Part shown: positions 59,690 to 64,000 of the stretch, in pieces
How positions within the stretch are numbered: the stretch's first letter is position 1
Layout: every line of letters begins with the position of its first letter
IMG/VR virus record: IMGVR_UViG_3300030330_005363
Coordinates: 1 to 64,000 of that record
Length of the DNA: 64,000 bases
Source: an uncultured virus (IMG/VR IMGVR_UViG_3300030330_005363)
Taxonomy: Duplodnaviria; Heunggongvirae; Uroviricota; Caudoviricetes; Crassvirales
Direction: 5' to 3' (one strand)
Made by a program: the position numbers and the translations under genes
The notes under the pieces: model-generated
The model's input: only the letters and a program-made list of their open reading frames with translations
What the model was told of the DNA's origin: nothing
Database searches by the model: none

Positions 59690-59878
59690 TTATTTTTTGT
59701 ATTCATTAAAATCAATTAAGAACCCTATAAATACAATTATATTGAGTCCTAAGGACGTAGCGATCTCAATTAGATCGTGATATACATTTAATGATAAATG
59801 AATGTGTCCTACAACCCAGAACGGAGTTGCTAAATTTTCACTTATCCATATTAATGTAAATTTAATTAACTTTTTCAT
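59690..59878 (-). CDS. Small membrane protein
   Basis: Two hydrophobic segments. Confidence 0.7.
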   Translation of the reverse strand: MKKLIKFTLIWISENLATPFWVVGHIHLSLNVYHDLIEIATSLGLNIIVFIGFLIDFNEYKK

Positions 59879-59972
59879 AAGAATATTGTGGACACTGTCT
59901 GCAAGGAGCTGTACGTTTTGTAGTGCTACAACTTACGCATAATGCTATTACTATTATTACTATTATTCTCAT
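59862..59972 (-). CDS. Small lipoprotein (36 aa)
   Basis: MRIIVIIVIALCVSC|STTKRTAPCRQCPQYSYEKVN; signal peptide II lipobox. Confidence 0.65.
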   Translation of the reverse strand: MRIIVIIVIALCVSCSTTKRTAPCRQCPQYSYEKVN

Positions 59973-59975
59973 TTT

Positions 59976-60191
59976 TTATAGTTCTTTTAACTTATCAAGT
60001 CTATTTAATTTTTGCTTGTTAGTTAAACTGTTCCAGTCACTTGGTGGTTGCCAATCTGGTATACTAGCTCTCATTGTGGCAAAAGCTATTTTTTCTTTAT
60101 ACTTAACTGTTTCGTCAGCTAGTTCATCACCTTGTTTAGTCGCTAGATCCCCTAACAACATAAACGCTTTCATCATATTTATATTATCCAT
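59976..60191 (-). CDS. Hypothetical protein
   Basis: ORF preceded by structured leader copy 2. Confidence 0.75.
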   Translation of the reverse strand: MDNINMMKAFMLLGDLATKQGDELADETVKYKEKIAFATMRASIPDWQPPSDWNSLTNKQKLNRLDKLKEL

Positions 60192-60192
60192 A

Positions 60193-60285
60193 CCACGAAA
60201 AGCCCGTACCTTTTGAGTACGAGCTTGTAAACGTTGTTTTCCGACAGCTTCTGACTGTATCCTGTTATCAGTGTTTACTTCGTGG
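60193..60285 (-). ncRNA. Structured cis-regulatory RNA, copy 2
   Basis: CCACGAA/TTCGTGG outer stem, GTAAAC/GTTTAC, AGCTCGTAC/GTACGGGCT. Confidence 0.6.
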
Positions 60286-60299
60286 AAACTAAACTACTA

Positions 60300-60578
60300 C
60301 TAATCTAACAACACGTAGTATGCTTCTGGGTTATTCACCCTAAACCAAGTTAATGCTTTTTGAAACTCATTAATTCGTTTAGTTGTCATTGTATTAGGCA
60401 CAGTGTCAAATACCATTTGACAACCTATTATAAAATCATATAATGATAATTCTACACCTGTTAATTCATATGATTCACCTGAAAATGGATTAGTTACAGT
60501 TTCACCTTCAGTGTAAATCATACCTTTAAACCATTTAGGTAGTTTTTGTTCAGTCTTCAACTTCTTCTGTGATGCCAT
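60300..60578 (-). CDS. Hypothetical protein
   Basis: ORF ending TAG TAG TAG. Confidence 0.75.
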   Translation of the reverse strand: MASQKKLKTEQKLPKWFKGMIYTEGETVTNPFSGESYELTGVELSLYDFIIGCQMVFDTVPNTMTTKRINEFQKALTWFRVNNPEAYYVLLD

Positions 60579-60966
60579 ATTCTTCTTTTAAATAATTAAT
60601 TTCTTCTAGTGTTATATCTAACTCATCATTTTTAATAATATCTTCAGCATGATCTGTAAACATTTCTAACAACATATCATTCATATAACTATCTTCATAA
60701 ACATCTTCACAAATGTAAAAAGTTTTATCATTCCATCTTACTTGTTGTTCAAATGCCTCTGATAATTCGTGGTTATAATAGTATACATCTTCACATATAG
60801 AAGGGTATCTATTATCATTAGTACATAAGTAAACACTATAACCATCTGCAGTAGATTCTTCATATATCATACAATCTACATTATCAAAGTCATTTATATC
60901 ATGAGATATAGAAATATCTAAATGGTTTTTAACAAGTTCTATAAGTCTTTCATCTCTAATTTCCAT
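60550..60966 (-). CDS. Acidic hypothetical protein
   Basis: 138 aa, Asp/Glu/Tyr-rich. Confidence 0.75.
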   Translation of the reverse strand: MEIRDERLIELVKNHLDISISHDINDFDNVDCMIYEESTADGYSVYLCTNDNRYPSICEDVYYYNHELSEAFEQQVRWNDKTFYICEDVYEDSYMNDMLLEMFTDHAEDIIKNDELDITLEEINYLKEEYGITEEVED

Positions 60967-61303
60967 TGTTTAATGCTTTAATTGTGTATAAAAATAGTTT
61001 TTTAAGTCTAGCTTTTCTGCTATGTATCAATGTTCTTTTACTGTGTGTCCACTCACATAGTTTACCAAATTGATTTACAACTTTGTAAGGTGTTTTATAT
61101 TGTGGATTTAGTTGATAACAACTTGCAACTCTACCTGTACCACTTAATACAATTCTTCTGATATAACCTGTTTTATGCTCGGTTATCATATTTACACCGT
61201 CAGGCATTCTAAATGCTGTAGTACCATTTTTATTCTGTGTTTTACTTGTAACGTTTTTGCAACCTAGTGCAACTAACGCGTTTTCATATTGTTCTTCTGT
61301 CAT
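60956..61303 (-). CDS. Hypothetical protein
   Basis: ORF. Confidence 0.7.
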   Translation of the reverse strand: MTEEQYENALVALGCKNVTSKTQNKNGTTAFRMPDGVNMITEHKTGYIRRIVLSGTGRVASCYQLNPQYKTPYKVVNQFGKLCEWTHSKRTLIHSRKARLKKLFLYTIKALNNGN

Positions 61304-61534
61304 TTATTTAGTATTAAAGATATGTTCACCGAATAAAACATCTGAAGATGTTAGTTTATAGCTATACAAGTTTGCAAAAGTATGCAAAGTGCGTATAGAA
61401 TCTATAGTCAGTTCACTATATCTGGTTTTGGTTTTGAGCTCTTCAAAGATACATTCTATGCAAGCACTGTAGTTTTCAGCTTCTTTACATAATGTAGCTT
61501 TGATCTCTGGTTTTAATTGTTCGTATAAATTCAT
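61304..61534 (-). CDS. Hypothetical protein
   Basis: ORF. Confidence 0.7.
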   Translation of the reverse strand: MNLYEQLKPEIKATLCKEAENYSACIECIFEELKTKTRYSELTIDSIRTLHTFANLYSYKLTSSDVLFGEHIFNTK

Positions 61535-61753
61535 TTATCTAAGCATTGTGCCGTAACCTTTACGACGAGTTAGTTTAGCGATGCGCTTTGCATCAGCTCT
61601 CGATAATATTTGTATACTATTACCGGTTTTGTGGTTTATAATTGGTGCACAACCGTAACGTTCTACAGTTGAGCATGCTACACAATTGTTGTAGCCATAT
61701 TTAATTCTTACTGGGTGGATCTCATTGCCACATTTACATATTTTATCATTCAT
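61535..61753 (-). CDS. C4 zinc-finger protein, DksA/TraR-finger-like (start MNDKICKC)
   Basis: CKCGNEIHPVRIKYGYNNCVAC; ATG 6 nt after promoter E. Confidence 0.65.
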   Translation of the reverse strand: MNDKICKCGNEIHPVRIKYGYNNCVACSTVERYGCAPIINHKTGNSIQILSRADAKRIAKLTRRKGYGTMLR

Positions 61754-61759
61754 ATATAT

Positions 61760-61789
61760 ATTATCCTGCTTCAATCGTATTTAGTTTGT
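61760..61789 (-). promoter_or_regulatory. Class I (early) phage promoter E
   Basis: ACAA-actaaa-TACGA-ttgaagca-GGATAAT. Confidence 0.8.
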
Positions 61790-61791
61790 AA

Positions 61792-62190
61792 TTATTTTAA
61801 TTTCTTTAATACTAATTGATATATTTCATAATGAATTCCTTGTTTGTGGTCCATACATGCATCAAGTAACTCTATTGGCGCGTCATCTTGTACAAAATTA
61901 CTCCAATTTAACTCATCGTAGTAATCCATTATTTCAAAAATTTCATTAAAAAGTACGTCATGTACTCTATCTTTTACTCTTTCTGCAATATCTTCTATTT
62001 GCTGTTTAAGATTAATTTCTTTTATTTCTTCAGGTATCTTGTGAGCTTCTTCTAACTTTTTAAGTTTTTCAGAATCTTCAAGATCGTCAAATACTACTTT
62101 TTTAAACCCACCACCGTACTTATTTGTATCCCATGGTGTACCTTGATACTCTTTAGTTTGCCTGTATTCATTCAAAGTTCTTTTTTTCAT
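61792..62190 (-). CDS. Hypothetical protein
   Basis: ORF. Confidence 0.7.
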   Translation of the reverse strand: MKKRTLNEYRQTKEYQGTPWDTNKYGGGFKKVVFDDLEDSEKLKKLEEAHKIPEEIKEINLKQQIEDIAERVKDRVHDVLFNEIFEIMDYYDELNWSNFVQDDAPIELLDACMDHKQGIHYEIYQLVLKKLK

Positions 62191-62372
62191 TTTTATGTTT
62201 GGTTTTACGGGTATATTTCTTTTTATTTCTCTGTACTGAAGGCTTCATAGCATCGTATATCTCCTTCATGGTTACTTTAATTTGTTGCATAAGTATCTTA
62301 TTAATTCGTATGTTAATATAAATGGTGTACATAGAATTCCTATGATTACTATTAAAGTATCTCTTAAAAATT

Positions 62373-62594
62373 CTACCACCCTAGTTCGTCTTTAGCCTCT
62401 TTAGGCAAATATCCTACTTGTCTACCTTCTTCTAAGTAAACTATATCTTCTTTTTCATCATTTCTATCTCTTACTATAGTCTGTATTACTCCATTTATAG
62501 AGTATTCAAAAGGCCAACTTGGTTGAGATGCAAATCTTACTGTAGCATCTTCATCCATGTATTTTAATTCTTGTATTAATTCTCCTACTGTCAT
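62373..62594 (-). CDS. Hypothetical protein
   Basis: MTVGELIQELK start, common in small phage early proteins. Confidence 0.75.
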   Translation of the reverse strand: MTVGELIQELKYMDEDATVRFASQPSWPFEYSINGVIQTIVRDRNDEKEDIVYLEEGRQVGYLPKEAKDELGW

Positions 62595-62763
62595 AATTTC
62601 TTATTTATAGTTATTATCCATGGCGCAATGTATTACATTCTCTTCTAAAAATTCTACTAATTGATCTATTAATATATATGGTGATACATACACATCATCT
62701 TCTATGTTTACATATTTATTTACCATAAATACTATTTGTTGTAATGCTTCTTTATCGTTCATA

Positions 62764-62970
62764 TTATTTAGTTAATTCCATTATTAAATCTTGGCAGTGA
62801 TCATATCTCTCTTTAAAAAACTCTTGATCTGGTCTTTTACTAAAAAGTTCTTGATGATACACATGGTGATCACACTCTTCGTGTAACAACCTGACTATCA
62901 GCTCGATATCTTTATCGTTTAATAAGAATATTTTATCTGTACATGCTGTTCCATTATCCATTTTCATCAT
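62764..62970 (-). CDS. Hypothetical protein
   Basis: ORF. Confidence 0.65.
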   Translation of the reverse strand: MMKMDNGTACTDKIFLLNDKDIELIVRLLHEECDHHVYHQELFSKRPDQEFFKERYDHCQDLIMELTK

Positions 62971-63254
62971 ATTAAATCTAGTTTTTTGATTAATTCTTGT
63001 GACTTATACTTTAACATTCTATCACCATGATTAGTTAGTAACATTCTATGTAATACGTTAGTTATACCATGAGTTCCTTGTACGTGAAATGATGGAGAAT
63101 CTGGAGCTGTATCTTTTTGCATGTCATAAAACATAGATCCACCATATTTATCTGATAGTTTTTCTACATCAGCAGCAAACTTGTCTACTATTTCTCTTAA
63201 CTCTGCATTTATTTTAACTTGAAGTGCTTTTTCTATTGCATTAGTATCTTTCAT
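62967..63254 (-). CDS. Hypothetical protein
   Basis: ORF. Confidence 0.7.
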   Translation of the reverse strand: MKDTNAIEKALQVKINAELREIVDKFAADVEKLSDKYGGSMFYDMQKDTAPDSPSFHVQGTHGITNVLHRMLLTNHGDRMLKYKSQELIKKLDLI

Positions 63255-63470
63255 TTCTTACCTCCTCTCTTAGCTTTCTGAGTCATTTTAAACTCGTTAA
63301 TCTCTTGTTTTTTGCCTTTGATTTGAAGTTGGCATGTCTTCATTTCCTTCCTCATAGTTCTTGCTTGATAGAACTGATTCCATGAGTATAGGTTTTGCAA
63401 TTCTTTGATTAGTTTTTGCATATTACTATATTTTTATAGTTTATAGATCTACCTCGTGTAAATCTTTTTG

Positions 63471-63553
63471 AACGAGAGAGAGGATTCGAACCTCTCATGT
63501 CTAGAACAGTCTACGCACCTTTGCTTTCGCCGCGGTTGCTACCTGACCTCGCT
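63471..63553 (-). ncRNA. tRNA-like RNA (acceptor stem plus T-arm, non-canonical core)
   Basis: GAGAGG-TTCGAAT-CCTCTC T-arm; AGCGAGG/TCTCGTT acceptor-like stem; no recognisable anticodon arm or CCA. Confidence 0.55.
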
Positions 63554-63635
63554 TTCCAAGCTGAGCCGTCACTCAACCCCACAGTTTTTCTTCTTCTCCG
63601 ACAACGCCTGTCGCAAGTATTGAAGTCGTGGTTTA

Positions 63636-63836
63636 TTAGTTATAATACGTTGTCCATATCTCATCTTTAGCTAAATCTTTAGTTTTTTCACTAATTTTTT
63701 TAACTTCTTCTTCTCCGACTAGTCTTGGAGTACAGAAATGACCGTCATTCCACGACACTATAAATGGCGTCGCACCTTGTGGTCCTTCATACATAGCTCT
63801 GCACTCTGGACAAATGTATTTTAACTTTTTTTTCAT
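63636..63836 (-). CDS. Small Zn-ribbon-like hypothetical protein
   Basis: CPEC...HFC. Confidence 0.65.
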   Translation of the reverse strand: MKKKLKYICPECRAMYEGPQGATPFIVSWNDGHFCTPRLVGEEEVKKISEKTKDLAKDEIWTTYYN

Positions 63837-64000
63837 GAGATTACAAATGTTAGACCTTTATAGTTAAACCAGTGGTTGTACTCGTCAGGTATATTATTAA
63901 TTGTTACTCCTTTATAAGTTCTTTTTTCTACTTGACCGTTAATGGTTTTAGTTATTGTTACTTTTTTACGATCTGCGGTATGTGTTTTTATTTTATTCAT

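Noticed and set aside
59946..59967. Short tandem repeat (TATTACTAT)n
   Set aside because: It encodes the IIVIIVI hydrophobic core of the small lipoprotein.
60225..60275. Hammerhead ribozyme in leader RNA copy 2 (CTGATAA...GAAA)
   Set aside because: Core is not CUGANGA, helices do not fit the hammerhead topology, and copy 1 lacks it.
60294..60302. TAG TAG TAG as a sign of stop-codon reassignment
   Set aside because: All long genes are intact in code 11, several end in a single TAG or TGA, and no suppressor tRNA is evident.
8339..61774. Track start positions 8339, 9619, 14694, 57725 and 61774 (and 1028)
   Set aside because: They are non-ATG upstream extensions overlapping other genes or regulatory elements; downstream ATGs (8468, 9637, 14703, 57701, 61753, 1079) fit better.
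63471..63553. Canonical tRNA gene
   Set aside because: No proper D-arm or 5-bp/7-nt anticodon arm, so no anticodon can be assigned; kept as tRNA-like ncRNA.
1..64000. Integrase, transposase, reverse transcriptase/DGR, intron or intein
   Set aside because: No such motifs seen; terL, nrdJ and the helicase appear uninterrupted.

Overview
The window is most of the genome of an AT-rich lytic tailed phage (podovirus-type, crAss-like gene order). The host is inferred to be marine Bacteroidota/Flavobacteriia, from a T9SS-type cargo gene and A/T-rich, Shine-Dalgarno-free translation starts. The + arm (~1.0-47.5 kb) carries late genes: Cys-rich fibre, GroEL/GroES, amidase/holins, terminase, portal, scaffold, major capsid, tail and three ejection-type proteins including a 3197-aa giant. 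The - arm (64.0-47.6 kb, and 830-1 at the left edge) carries early and replication genes: ligase, DenV-like glycosylase, HTH protein, sigma-70 factor, ERF, exonuclease, SSB, primase-helicase, thymidylate-synthase-fold enzyme, MazG, endonuclease and class II RNR. The arms converge on a bidirectional terminator and diverge at a G-quadruplex-like tract. The most interesting signal is a possible transcription-takeover system. Five early promoters share an exact, non-host consensus (ACAA-N6-TACRA-N8-GGATAAT). The giant putative virion protein looks like a polyprotein: zincin protease, sigma-70 region-2-like segment, unknown domain and HAD phosphatase, separated by xFS motifs. A second, stand-alone sigma has a separate candidate promoter class. 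Other highlights are a dCMP-type residue in the TS homologue, two copies of a structured leader RNA, a tRNA-like ncRNA, a two-copy operator tied to an HTH gene and a 17-aa (Pro-Lys)6 micropeptide. All protein calls come from motif recognition by eye; no database searches were run.
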